64,000 nt of DNA from Halodesulfurarchaeum sp. (lineage in GTDB: Archaea; Halobacteriota; Halobacteria; Halobacteriales; Halobacteriaceae): the NCBI GenBank assembly GCA_034520565.1, contig JAXHNL010000002.1:224001-288000 (forward strand). Direction: 5' to 3'. Positions 28,940 through 39,203 of this stretch are shown piece by piece. Numbering within the stretch: position 1 is the stretch's first letter; each line of letters starts with the position of its first letter. Both the position numbers and the translations under genes were made by a program. A model generated the notes under the pieces. That model worked only from the letters and a program-made list of their open reading frames with translations, was not told where the DNA came from and ran no database searches.

Positions 28940-30199
28940 ATGAGCTCGGATTCGCAGGGCGAGTCGACGGGGCACTCGGACCGCCGGAAGTACGAGTTCA
29001 GGAAGGTCATCGAGGACCTGAAAGAACATACCGGCAGCGGGACGCAACTCGTCAGCATCTACGTGCCCCCGGACATGCTGATCTCCGACGTGGTCGCCCA
29101 CGTCACCCAGGAGTACAGCGAAGCATCGAACATCAAGTCGAAGCAGACCCGGACGAACGTGCAGGACGCCCTCTCCTCCATCAAGGCCCGCCTGAAGTAC
29201 TACGACACGAAGCCGCCGGATCGCGGCATGGTGCTCTTTTCCGGGGCCGTCGACGAGGGCGGCGGGCAAACGAAGATGGTAACCGAGACCCTCGAGAACC
29301 CGCCGGACCCGATCGAGTCGTTCCGCTATCACTGCGACTCGGAGTTCCTGACCGAGCCGCTGGAACACATGCTCGCGGACAAGGGCCTCTACGGGCTCAT
29401 CGTCCTCGACCGCCGGGAGGCAAACGTCGGCTGGCTCAAGGGCAAGCGCGTCGAACCCGTCAAGTCCGCCTCCTCGCTCGTCCCGGGCAAGCAGCGCAAA
29501 GGTGGCCAGTCCGCCCAGCGATTCGCCCGGCTCCGCCTCGAGGCCATCGACAACTTCTACCAGGAGATCGCCGAGATGGCGGACGAACTCTTCGTCCCGG
29601 AGCGTCACGAACTCGACGGCATCCTCGTCGGCGGGCCCTCGCCCACCAAGGACGAGTTCCTCGACGGCGATTACCTCCATCACGAACTCCAGGAGACGGT
29701 CCTCGGGAAGTTCGACGTGGCCTACACCGACGAGTCGGGGCTCTACGACCTCGTCGACAAGGGTCAGGAGGCGCTCGCGTCCGCCGAACTCACCGCGGAC
29801 AAACAGGACATGGAGGAGTTCTTCAAGGAACTCCACGGCGGGGACCAGGCGACCTACGGGTTCGGGCCGACCCGCGAGAACCTCATCATGGGGTCAGTCG
29901 AGACCCTCCTTCTCTCAGAAGACCTCCGAAAGGACGTGGTGACCTACGAGTGTCCCGCAGAGCACACCGACCGCGAACTGGTCGATCCGCGTCACGAGAC
30001 CCCCGAGCACACCTGTGAGGAGTGTGGGAAAGAACCCGAGTCGGTCGAACGCGATGACGCCATCGAACACTTGATGGCCATCGCCGAACAGCGGGGGACC
30101 GAGACCCACTTCATCTCGACTGATTTCGAAAAGGGCGAGCAGCTCCTGACTGCCTTCGGCGGGATCGCCGGCATTCTTCGGTACCGGACCGGCGTGTAG
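28940..30199 (+). CDS. prf1: Peptide chain release factor aRF1
   Basis: SNIKS, YHCD, GGQS, FGGIAGILRY. Confidence 0.97.
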   Translation: MSSDSQGESTGHSDRRKYEFRKVIEDLKEHTGSGTQLVSIYVPPDMLISDVVAHVTQEYSEASNIKSKQTRTNVQDALSSIKARLKYYDTKPPDRGMVLFSGAVDEGGGQTKMVTETLENPPDPIESFRYHCDSEFLTEPLEHMLADKGLYGLIVLDRREANVGWLKGKRVEPVKSASSLVPGKQRKGGQSAQRFARLRLEAIDNFYQEIAEMADELFVPERHELDGILVGGPSPTKDEFLDGDYLHHELQETVLGKFDVAYTDESGLYDLVDKGQEALASAELTADKQDMEEFFKELHGGDQATYGFGPTRENLIMGSVETLLLSEDLRKDVVTYECPAEHTDRELVDPRHETPEHTCEECGKEPESVERDDAIEHLMAIAEQRGTETHFISTDFEKGEQLLTAFGGIAGILRYRTGV

Positions 30200-30227
30200 C
30201 CTGTTCGGCTGGGACTTCGGAGAAGCG

Positions 30228-32369
30228 TTACTCGGCCCACTCCACGCCGGTGATCTCGAAGCGGGCCCCACCGGACTCACTATCGGTGATCGCGATTTCC
30301 CAGTCGTGGGCCTCGGCGATCTCCTGGACGATGCTCAGGCCGAAGCCCGTCCCGTCCTCACGGGTCGAGTGGCCCGCCTCGAAGACGTTCTCGCGATCCG
30401 ATTCGGGAATTCCCGGCCCGTCGTCCGCGACAAAGAATCCATCGGAGAGGGAACCGACCGTAATGGTGACCGACGGGCCGCCGTGGTCGATCGCGTTTCG
30501 CAGGAGGTTTTCGAGGAGTTGTTCGAGGCGACTCCGGTCCGCCCGAATCCGGCCGTCGACGTCGACCGCGAGGGTCGCCTCGCTCGTCTCGACGTGTTCC
30601 CAGCCAGTCCGGCACAGGTCCCCCAGGTCGACGACCTCCAGCTGCTGGACCCGTTTTCCCGCCCTGGCGAGCGAGAGCATGTCCCCGACCAGATCCAGAC
30701 TGCGGTCGGTCGCGGATTGGGCCGCCTCGAGGTGGGTCGTCTCGCCGGTCTCCCTGGCGAGTTCGATCCGGCCCCGGGCCACGTTGAGCGGGTTGCGCAA
30801 GTCGTGTGAGACCACGCTTGCGAACTCGTCAAGTCGCTCGTTCCGGAGTTCGAGTTCCCGTTCGTATTCGAGCCGCTCGGTGACGTCCCGGGCGATCGCC
30901 ACCACGTACTCCGTTTCGAGGTCGACGGTCGTCAGGTTGACCTCGACCGGAATCGTCTCGCCGTCTTTGCGGACTTGGATTCCCTCGAAACGCAGTTGTC
31001 CCCGCTCGCGGACCGTCTCGACGTGAGTGGCCCACTCCTCGACGGTATCGAAAGACGCCTCGATGTCAGGGACCTGCAGCGATTCGAGTTCCGCCCGCGA
31101 GTAGCCCAGCCGGTCGGCTGCGGTCCGATTCGCGTACGTGATCTCTCCGGTTTCGGCGTCCGCGACCGTGATGAGATCACTCGACTCGTCGATCAGCTTC
31201 TGGAACAGCTCGAGGTTGGCCTCGTGAGCCTTTTGGTCGCTGATGTCGGTCTGGATCGCGACGAACTCCTCGATCTCCCCCGTCTCGTCGTAGATCGGTG
31301 CGATCGTCTGGTTCGCGTAGTACAGTTCGCCGCCCTGCTTCCGGTTGATGATCTCCTCCTCCCAGACTGCCCCGTCGAGGATCGTCTCCCAAAGGTCCGC
31401 GTAGTAGGCCCGATCCATCTCGCCGGACTTCAGAATGCGAGGGTTCGCGCCGAGGGCCGCCTCCCGGTCGTAGCCGGTCATTTCCTCGAAGGCGGGGTTG
31501 GCGTACTCGATGGTGCCGTCCCGGTCGGTGACGTAGATGGCGTGGCCGGCGGACTCGGTGGCCTTCTCGAACCGTTCGAGATCCCGCTCTCGCTCGATCC
31601 GATCCGTTATGTCCGCGAAAATGGCGGCAACCTGACCCGGCCGGGGTGAAAACGCGGAGACCCGAAAGTGGTGATCGAATCCGGGAATGGACGTCTCGAA
31701 GCGGACCGACTCGCCGGTCTCGATTACGGCCGCCAGTCGGTCCAGGTTCGGTGGCTCCTCGGTCCCCAGGAGGGCCGTGACCCGTTCCCCGACGATCGCC
31801 GATTTCGACACGTCGAAGAGCTCCTCGACCGCCGCGTTCGCGTCGATGATCTCGTAGTCGACCGGGTCGCCAGTCTCGTCCCTGCACAGTTCACACAGGA
31901 CCGCCCCCTCGTTCAGCTCCTCGAAAAGCGTCCGGTAACGTTCCTCCGCAGCCGTCAGTTGTTCTTGGGCCCGCCGGTGCTCGACGGCGTTCACGACCCG
32001 GTTTGCGAGTCTGGTGTACTGTTCGGTGCTGGTTCCCTTCACGAAGTAGTCGGTGACCCCCGCCTTCATCGCCTCGCTCGCGACGGACTCCGATCCCTTC
32101 CCGGTGTAGAGGATGAAGGGGAGGTCCGGATGGGACGCCCGGACCGTCTCGAGGAAGTCGAGGCCGTTCTCCCCGGGCAGGGCATAATCCGCGATGATGC
32201 AGTCGATTGGGATCTCGGCGAGAAGCGTCTCCCCCGCCCGGGCGGCCGGTGCCGTGTACACGCTGAACCGATCGTCCTCCCGTTCGAGGTGTTCGGCCAG
32301 GATTTCGAGGAGGTCCGGGTCGTCCTCGACGACGAGCACCGAGATTTCGGTTCCCGTTCGACCACCCAT
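30228..32369 (-). CDS. Hybrid sensor histidine kinase REC-PAS-PAS-PAS-HisKA-HATPase
   Basis: VLVVEDD..DY receiver, three PAS repeats, SHDLRNPL, NAIDHG, DDGPGI, GTGFGL. Confidence 0.92.
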   Translation of the reverse strand: MGGRTGTEISVLVVEDDPDLLEILAEHLEREDDRFSVYTAPAARAGETLLAEIPIDCIIADYALPGENGLDFLETVRASHPDLPFILYTGKGSESVASEAMKAGVTDYFVKGTSTEQYTRLANRVVNAVEHRRAQEQLTAAEERYRTLFEELNEGAVLCELCRDETGDPVDYEIIDANAAVEELFDVSKSAIVGERVTALLGTEEPPNLDRLAAVIETGESVRFETSIPGFDHHFRVSAFSPRPGQVAAIFADITDRIERERDLERFEKATESAGHAIYVTDRDGTIEYANPAFEEMTGYDREAALGANPRILKSGEMDRAYYADLWETILDGAVWEEEIINRKQGGELYYANQTIAPIYDETGEIEEFVAIQTDISDQKAHEANLELFQKLIDESSDLITVADAETGEITYANRTAADRLGYSRAELESLQVPDIEASFDTVEEWATHVETVRERGQLRFEGIQVRKDGETIPVEVNLTTVDLETEYVVAIARDVTERLEYERELELRNERLDEFASVVSHDLRNPLNVARGRIELARETGETTHLEAAQSATDRSLDLVGDMLSLARAGKRVQQLEVVDLGDLCRTGWEHVETSEATLAVDVDGRIRADRSRLEQLLENLLRNAIDHGGPSVTITVGSLSDGFFVADDGPGIPESDRENVFEAGHSTREDGTGFGLSIVQEIAEAHDWEIAITDSESGGARFEITGVEWAE

Positions 32370-32754
32370 GGGCGTTGAAGACACGTTCGGAAAATTAGTA
32401 TTACGGTGTAACCGAAGTATTGGCGGGTATCCAGCCGCTCGTGCCGATCTCGGTCGATGCAACTGGGTCTCGACTCGAGCGGGTCCGGGGTTCGCTGAAT
32501 GACTGTGAACGAACGTGAAGTGGGCGGGCCGTCGAATCGAGTCGAGACCCACGCCCGGTGTTTCGGACCGATACCGGCGAATCGGAAACGGGTCCGTTTC
32601 TGATCCACTCTCGTGGGGGTCGCCAACTACTTGTCCCGCAAGAACGTAGTGAATTTGACATTCGAATGAGTTCGACCCGATCCCCGAGGGACGGTTTTGA
32701 TCGGGCGCGAAGCGGCGCGGGCGCCCCTTTCCGACCGATCAAGAGGGGGACGTG

Positions 32755-34929
32755 ATGAACGACAGCCCAGCGACCGTGGGGGCTCCCGATTCGATCCGTG
32801 TCCTCTACGTCGACGACGACCGGAGCGTCACGGCGGTCGTCAAAGCGCATCTCGAGCGGGTGGACGGAGGCCTCGAAGTCGAGACGGCGACCGGCCTCGA
32901 GGACGGGCTCGAGAAACTGTCGACGAACGGGATCGACTGCATCGTCTCCGATTTCGCCATGGCCGGGGGAACGGGGCTCGACTTTCTCGAAAGCGTGCGA
33001 GAGGAGTATCCGGATCTCCCATTCATCCTGTTCACGGCGAAAGGGTCGGAAGCCGTCGCCAGCGAAGCGATCTCGGCGGGGGTAACGGACTACCTGAAGA
33101 AGGGCGGGAGCACCGAACACTACGCGGTCCTCGCCAACCGCATCCGGAACGCCGTCGACCAGGCCACCGCAATCCGTGAACGAGCGGCCATGCGCGAACG
33201 GATGGAACTCGCCCTCGAGAAGACCGACTCGCTGATTTTCGAGATCGATCTGGAAACCGACCGCGTGGAACGGCACGGGGCCGTCGAACAGTTCTTCGAC
33301 GTCGATCGGGAGTCGATCTCGACGAAGGAGGCCTTCGCCGATGAGATCGTCCACCCCGACGATCGGGAGCAATTCCGGGCGTTTTTCGAGGGGTTCAGGC
33401 GGGGCGAAAAGCGATCTGACGTCCACGAATTCCGGACGGAGCCGGAACGAGGGCCAGTCCGGTGGCTCCGGGGGCACGTGAATCTGGTTGCCGAGGGGCA
33501 ACTGCTGGGACTAATCCAGGACGTCACCGAGCAGAAGACCCGGGAAGAGTCCCTCCTCCAGTACAAGCAATCCGTGGAGAGTTCGAAGGACCTGCTCGCC
33601 GCGGTCGACGAGGACCTGCGATATCTCTTTGCGAATCAGGCCTACCGGCACTATCACGACCTCCGTGGCGTGGCGATCGAATCGCGTTCGTTGCCCGACG
33701 TGCTCACCTCCGACCAGTTCGAGGCCGTCGAACCGAGCCTCCGGAGGGCACTAGCTGGACATCCCGTCCAGACCGAACTAATCAGGAAGCATCCGAACAG
33801 GGGCGGGCGGATCCTCGACGTGCGACTGTTCCCCCTCGAAGACGAGGACGGGGACGTACAGGGCGTCGGGGCCTCGATGCGGGACGTCACGAGCGAGCGG
33901 GAGTTGCAAGATGACCTTCGGGAGGCAAAGGAGCGATACGAGTCACTCTTCAAGAGCATCCGGGATGCGATACTCGTCGCTGACACCGACCGTCGGATCA
34001 TCAACTGCAACCCGTCGTTCACGGAACTGTTCGGGTACGAACTGTCGGAGGTCGAGGGCAAACACACGAAGTACGTCTACGAGAGCGAGGCGGAATTCGA
34101 GGCCATGGGTAAAGCGCTCGAGGGGCACATGGACGACCCGACGTTCTCCTACACCGTCTCCTACGAGAACAAATCGGGACAGACGTTTCCCGGCGAGACG
34201 AGCGTGTTCTACCTCCGGGACGCGGAAAACGAGATCGTCGGGTTCATCGGGGTGATCAAGGACGTCACCGAGCGCCGGGACCGTCTCAAGCAGATCCAGA
34301 ACCTCGACCGGGTCCTCCAGCACAACTTCCACAACGATCTGACGATTATTGACGGGTTCGCCGAAACGATCGAGCGAGAAGGGGCCCGACCCCAGTCCCC
34401 CTATGCGGGCAAAATCAGGGAGACGGGACAAGAGTTACTCGCCACCGTGGACAAGGAACGAGAGATCACGAAGTTCCTGTCCGATCCCCCGCCGACGGTG
34501 GCACTCGAACTGCCACGGCTTTGCGACCAGGTCGTCGACCGGGTCGCGGCGTCCTACCCGAACGCGGAGATCGTGACTCGCTTCGACGGGAGTGCGACCG
34601 TCGAGGCGAGTGCCGCCATCGAGCGGGCGATCGAGGAACTCCTCACGAACAGCATCGTGCATTCGAGGGCCGAGCGCCCGAGGGTGACGGTTGCCGTCAC
34701 CGTCACAGACACCACGGCGACGATCGAAGTCCGGGACGAAAACCGGATCATTCCCGAGATGGAACGAAAGGTCCTGACGGGCGAAGAGGAACTCCGACCG
34801 CTCTATCACGGCAGCGGGATGGGGCTCTGGCTCGTCACACTCATCGTCAAACACTCCGATGCGACGCTGTCCATTCGACAGGCCGAACCGACGGGGAACG
34901 TCGTGACGATCGAGTTGCCCCTGGACTGA
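32755..34929 (+). CDS. REC-PAS-PAS-PAS histidine-kinase-like protein
   Basis: VLYVDDD receiver, PAS domains, H-box-like QHNFHNDL, N-box NSIVH, G2 HGSGMGL; G1 box degenerate. Confidence 0.88.
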   Translation: MNDSPATVGAPDSIRVLYVDDDRSVTAVVKAHLERVDGGLEVETATGLEDGLEKLSTNGIDCIVSDFAMAGGTGLDFLESVREEYPDLPFILFTAKGSEAVASEAISAGVTDYLKKGGSTEHYAVLANRIRNAVDQATAIRERAAMRERMELALEKTDSLIFEIDLETDRVERHGAVEQFFDVDRESISTKEAFADEIVHPDDREQFRAFFEGFRRGEKRSDVHEFRTEPERGPVRWLRGHVNLVAEGQLLGLIQDVTEQKTREESLLQYKQSVESSKDLLAAVDEDLRYLFANQAYRHYHDLRGVAIESRSLPDVLTSDQFEAVEPSLRRALAGHPVQTELIRKHPNRGGRILDVRLFPLEDEDGDVQGVGASMRDVTSERELQDDLREAKERYESLFKSIRDAILVADTDRRIINCNPSFTELFGYELSEVEGKHTKYVYESEAEFEAMGKALEGHMDDPTFSYTVSYENKSGQTFPGETSVFYLRDAENEIVGFIGVIKDVTERRDRLKQIQNLDRVLQHNFHNDLTIIDGFAETIEREGARPQSPYAGKIRETGQELLATVDKEREITKFLSDPPPTVALELPRLCDQVVDRVAASYPNAEIVTRFDGSATVEASAAIERAIEELLTNSIVHSRAERPRVTVAVTVTDTTATIEVRDENRIIPEMERKVLTGEEELRPLYHGSGMGLWLVTLIVKHSDATLSIRQAEPTGNVVTIELPLD

Positions 34930-35010
34930 CTGCGGGTCGCCCGATCGGTCCCGGGAATCGGCCCGACAGGCGGCCAAGGGCTTATCGCCATTGCGGCTGA
35001 AGGGTCATTT

Positions 35011-35400
35011 GTGAACACGGCACCCGGTACCACACCCATCGAGGAATACTGGGACTGGTTCGCGGTCGCGCTGTTCGTCCTCATCACGGTCGACATGATC
35101 ACGACCGTGTACGCGGCCTGGTACGTCGGCCCCGCCGCGGAGGCGAACCCGCTGATGCGCTGGGCACTCGGGCAGGGGATGGTAACGGTCACGCTCGTGA
35201 ACCTCGCCGCGACGGTCGTCGCAGTCGGCGGGTTTGCCCTGCTGATGAGACTCTTGCGGGCAACAGACCCGCCGTGGGACCGGTTCGTGGCCCTCGGCGT
35301 CGAGGCCTGGCTCGGGCTCCTGATCGCGGGTGGGCTCTTTGTCTTCGCTAACAATCTCACCGTCATCGTCTACGGGCGGTCGCTGTTCCTCGCCGCCTGA
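35011..35400 (+). CDS. Small membrane protein (DUF5658-like)
   Basis: D..TT...EANPLM motif; 3-4 TM helices; GTG start. Confidence 0.7.
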   Translation: MNTAPGTTPIEEYWDWFAVALFVLITVDMITTVYAAWYVGPAAEANPLMRWALGQGMVTVTLVNLAATVVAVGGFALLMRLLRATDPPWDRFVALGVEAWLGLLIAGGLFVFANNLTVIVYGRSLFLAA

Positions 35401-35442
35401 ACGGGGCGACACGCGACAGTCGAAACGAAACCGGGCCACAGC

Positions 35443-35835
35443 TTAGCCCAGAACCTGTTCGAGCTGGGGGCGTCGCCGGTCGACGTCGAAATGGGGCTGG
35501 AGCCGGCCGCTCGCCGCGATCCGGTCCACGAGGAGGAGGACGTCTATCCCCTGTTCCTCGGCGAGGTCGGCGAGTACCTCGATGTCAGCGCGGTGCAGGG
35601 CCAGAGAGCCGAGCAGCGAGACGAACGCGGCGGCGGTGACGCCAGCCTCGCCGGTGGGGAAGTCCCCGAGAACCGTCGTGAAGTCGGGATCCTCCGCCGG
35701 CGGTTTCGTCCGGGGCTCGAGGGTCAAACAATCCCGACAGAGTTCCGCGTGTTCGGGTTCGGCGGGAAGGTGGTCGCGGACCGCCTCGGGGACCGAAAAC
35801 GCGAGGGTGGGACCGCCACAGTTCGGACAGGACAT
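35443..35835 (-). CDS. Conserved haloarchaeal zinc-ribbon protein (DUF6276-like)
   Basis: CPNCG..CRDC; C-terminal PHFDVDRRRPQLEQ; lies downstream of atpD. Confidence 0.75.
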   Translation of the reverse strand: MSCPNCGGPTLAFSVPEAVRDHLPAEPEHAELCRDCLTLEPRTKPPAEDPDFTTVLGDFPTGEAGVTAAAFVSLLGSLALHRADIEVLADLAEEQGIDVLLLVDRIAASGRLQPHFDVDRRRPQLEQVLG

Positions 35836-35906
35836 AGCTGCACATCGATAGGGCCGGAGAAAACGCCGTCGGCTCGCAGACGTGGTATCGGTGTCACCGA
35901 AATCTT

Positions 35907-36590
35907 TCAGGATTCGCTCGCCGCTTCGGCCGCAGCCGCCTCGGCCGCCTCCTCCTTCTTCTCCGCGGCCTCCTTGTTCGCTTTGATCTTTTTCATCCGG
36001 AAGATCTCCTCGCGTTCCTGCTCCTCGAGTTTCGATTCGATGTAGTCCTGGGACTCATAGAGGTCCGGAAGGAGCGTGAACTCGAGGGCGTTGACCCGTC
36101 GCTTCGTGGTCTCGATCTCCGTGAGCATCTTCTTCATCGCCGTCTCGACCTCGGCGGCGAGGACGATCGTCTCCAGGAGTTCCTCGAAGGTTTCGGCGGT
36201 CTCGTCGATCCGGGCGCTCGTTCCGAGGATTCCGTAGCCCCGTTCGTCGAGGTCCTTGCGGACCTTCGTGGACTCGATCTGCGGGACGACCACGCCCATG
36301 ATGTTCTTCGACTCCACAGTGATCTCCGGGTGTTCCTTGATCGCCGCGGCCGCGCCCCGCACGGCGACGTCGCCCTCCATCGCGCGGGCCAGGTTGATCT
36401 GTCGCTGGGCCCCTTCGTACTGGGACTCCATGTCCCGTCGCACGTCCTGGGCCTGATCGAGGATGTCCATGAACTCCATGATGAGGCCGTCACGCTTCTG
36501 TTCGAGCGTGTCGTGGCCTCGCTCGGAGAGCTCGATGCGATCCTCGATCTGCATCAAGTTCTTTCGGGTGGGCGTGACGTCGGTGGCCAT
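35907..36590 (-). CDS. atpD: A-type ATP synthase subunit D
   Basis: [26 protein letters not shown]. Confidence 0.96.
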   Translation of the reverse strand: MATDVTPTRKNLMQIEDRIELSERGHDTLEQKRDGLIMEFMDILDQAQDVRRDMESQYEGAQRQINLARAMEGDVAVRGAAAAIKEHPEITVESKNIMGVVVPQIESTKVRKDLDERGYGILGTSARIDETAETFEELLETIVLAAEVETAMKKMLTEIETTKRRVNALEFTLLPDLYESQDYIESKLEEQEREEIFRMKKIKANKEAAEKKEEAAEAAAAEAASES

Positions 36591-36686
36591 ACAGGGACTC
36601 CTCGCTTGAGGGGGTAATCGTTTTCGGACCGGGATCGACCTCGAAGGACTCCAGACCGATTTCCTGGACCGTCTCGGTCCCGTCGC

Positions 36687-37718
36687 TTAGACTGGATCGA
36701 GTTCGCCGGCGTCGAGTTCGGCCTCGACGTTCGAGGCGGCCTCGACCATATGCTTGAGTTTCGTCTCCGCCGGCTCGCGCTCCAGGGGTTTCAACCCGCA
36801 GTCCGGCGAGACCGTCAGCTGGTCGGCCGAGAGGTACTCCAGACCCTCCCGAATCCGGGCCTCGATCGTCTCGACGTCCTCGGCCTCGCGGGACTGGGTG
36901 TCGACGACCCCGAAGCCGACGTCCATCTCGAAGTCCCGACCCGCAAAGACCTCGGCCGGGTCGTCTGCGTCCGGGCTGGCGAACTCGAGGTCGAGTTCGT
37001 CGACCGGAAAGTCGACCATGTCGTCGGCGAGGTTCGCGTAGTTGCCCGAGCAGACGTGCGTACCAAAGCGGACGTCCTCGGGGACGGCTGCTGCGACACG
37101 CGAGAGACACTCGTGGGCCAGTTCGCCGTGCGGGGACATGCCCAGGCCCGGCTCGTCGAGCTGGATCCACTCCGCGCCGGCCGCCGCGAGTCGCGGTACC
37201 TCCTCGGCGATGAGGTCGGCGAAGTCGAGGGCCAGGTCCTCAATGGAGTCGTAGGCGCCCGTGCTGGCGAAGGTAGCAAGCGTGAAGGGGCCGGTGATGG
37301 TCACTTTGACCGGGCGGGACGCGACGGAATCGGCGAACTCGAAGTCCTCGAGGAGCCACGGTTCGGCGGTCGATATTTCTTCGGTCACCGCGGGCATGCT
37401 CGCGTTCCAGTCCGCGCCGTCGCCGTCACCGTCGGGGGCGTCGTAGCCCGTGATGACGTTCGTGAAGTAATCGACCATCCCCTCCCGGCGCATTTCGCCG
37501 TCCGTCACGACGTCCAGCCCCGCGAGTTGCTGGTCCAGAATCGCCGCCCGGGTGGCGTCGTTCTCGGCCTCGGTGCGGGCTGCCGGGTCGAGATCGCCTG
37601 CCGATTCGCCCTCCCGAACGTAGTCGAGCCAGTCGGGCTGAGGATAGCTCCCGACGACAGTCGTCAGGAGGAAGTGCTCGTGGTCGTGGTGTGGCGGTTC
37701 GAAGTGGCTGCGGTTCAT
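36687..37718 (-). CDS. Cobalamin-independent methionine synthase catalytic-domain protein (core MetE)
   Basis: TTVVGSYP, TDGEMRR, IQLDEP, Zn ligands HVC..E..PDCG; no N-terminal folate domain. Confidence 0.88.
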   Translation of the reverse strand: MNRSHFEPPHHDHEHFLLTTVVGSYPQPDWLDYVREGESAGDLDPAARTEAENDATRAAILDQQLAGLDVVTDGEMRREGMVDYFTNVITGYDAPDGDGDGADWNASMPAVTEEISTAEPWLLEDFEFADSVASRPVKVTITGPFTLATFASTGAYDSIEDLALDFADLIAEEVPRLAAAGAEWIQLDEPGLGMSPHGELAHECLSRVAAAVPEDVRFGTHVCSGNYANLADDMVDFPVDELDLEFASPDADDPAEVFAGRDFEMDVGFGVVDTQSREAEDVETIEARIREGLEYLSADQLTVSPDCGLKPLEREPAETKLKHMVEAASNVEAELDAGELDPV

Positions 37719-37802
37719 ATGCCCGTGGCTACGCGAGGGGGCGCACAAAAACCCTTCCCGGATCCCCCCAGCGACACGGTTAGTCCGCCGAAAACTACGA
37801 AG

Positions 37803-39203
37803 TCAGGCCTCGACTTCGGCTTCGCCCTCGACGTAGTACTCCTCGATGAACTCCTCGTCGATCCGGTTGAGTTCGGCCTTCGGGAACATCGAGACGAGTT
37901 CCCAGCCGACCGAGAGCGTCTCTTCGATGGTCCGATCGGTGGTAAAGCCCTGGTCGACGAACTCCGCCTCGAAGCGATCGGCGAAGTCGAGGTAGGTGTT
38001 GTCCCGCTCGGAGAGGGCCTCGCGACCGACGATGTTCACGAGGTCGCGCAGGTCCTCGCCCTCCGCGTAGGCCGCATAGAGCTGGTCGGAGAGGTCGCCG
38101 TGATCCTCGCGGGTGAGGCCCTCGCCGATCCCCTCGTCCATCAGCCGGGAGAGACTCGGCAGCACGTCCACCGGGGGCTGGACGCCCTGGGAGTTGAGAC
38201 TCCGGTCGACGTAGATCTGGCCCTCGGTGATGTATCCGGTGAGGTCGGGGATCGGGTGGGTGTCGTCGTCCCCGGGCATCGTCAGGATCGGGAGCTGGGT
38301 GATCGACCCCTCCCGGCCCTCGATGCGGCCGGCCCGCTCGTAGAGCTGGGCCAGGTCGGTGTACATGTACCCCGGGTAGCCACGTCGGCCCGGCACCTCC
38401 TCGCGGGCCGCGCCGATCTCCCGAAGGGCCTCACAGTAGTTGGTCATGTCCGTCAGGATGACCAGGATGTGATAGCCCTTCTCGAAGGCGAGGTATTCGG
38501 CCGTGGTGAGCGCCAGCCGTGGCGTGATCGTCCGCTCGACGGCCGGATCGTCCGCGAGATTGAGGAAAAGCGTCGAGCGCTCGAGCGCGCCGGTGCGCTC
38601 GAAGTCCGCGATGAACTCGTTCGCTTCCTCCCGGGTGATCCCCATCGCGCCGAAGACGACGGCGAACTCGCTTTCGCCCCCGCTTTCCTCCTCCTCGGGC
38701 ACGGTCGCCTGGCGGGCGATCTGGAGGGCCAGGTCGTTGTGTGGCAGGCCCGATCCCGAGAACAGCGGGAGCTTCTGCCCGCGAACGAGGGTGTTCATGC
38801 CGTCAAGTGCCGAGATGCCGGTCTGGATGAACTCCCGGGGGTATTCGCGGGCATACGGGTTGATCGCCGCACCGACAATGTCCCGGCGTTCGTCCGGGAC
38901 GATCTCCGGGCCGCCGTCTATGGGCTGCCCGGAGCCGTCGAGGACCCGGCCGAGGAGGCCCTCGGTGACGGGCATCTTGAGCGTCTCGCCTAGGAACCGG
39001 ACCGAAGCGTCGCGGCCGATTCCCTCGGTCCCCTCGAAGACCTGGATGGCGACGACGTCGCCGGAGGTCTCCAGTACCTGGCCGCGCTTTACCTCCCCGT
39101 CGGGCGTCTCGATCTCGACGATCTCGTCGTAGCCGATCGGCTCGTCGGTCTCGACGAACACCAACGGACCGGTCACGTCAGTAATTGTACGGTATTCCTT
39201 CAT
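37803..39203 (-). CDS. atpB: A-type ATP synthase subunit B
   Basis: [29 protein letters not shown]. Confidence 0.97.
   Translation of the reverse strand: MKEYRTITDVTGPLVFVETDEPIGYDEIVEIETPDGEVKRGQVLETSGDVVAIQVFEGTEGIGRDASVRFLGETLKMPVTEGLLGRVLDGSGQPIDGGPEIVPDERRDIVGAAINPYAREYPREFIQTGISALDGMNTLVRGQKLPLFSGSGLPHNDLALQIARQATVPEEEESGGESEFAVVFGAMGITREEANEFIADFERTGALERSTLFLNLADDPAVERTITPRLALTTAEYLAFEKGYHILVILTDMTNYCEALREIGAAREEVPGRRGYPGYMYTDLAQLYERAGRIEGREGSITQLPILTMPGDDDTHPIPDLTGYITEGQIYVDRSLNSQGVQPPVDVLPSLSRLMDEGIGEGLTREDHGDLSDQLYAAYAEGEDLRDLVNIVGREALSERDNTYLDFADRFEAEFVDQGFTTDRTIEETLSVGWELVSMFPKAELNRIDEEFIEEYYVEGEAEVEA

Noticed and set aside
36750-38993. 747-aa plus-strand ORF, and similar long ORFs such as 24251-26146(-), 39431-40951(+) and 10215-11969(+)
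   Set aside because: Antisense or alternative-frame shadows of well-supported genes; long stop-free frames are expected at this GC and codon bias, and they show no recognisable motifs
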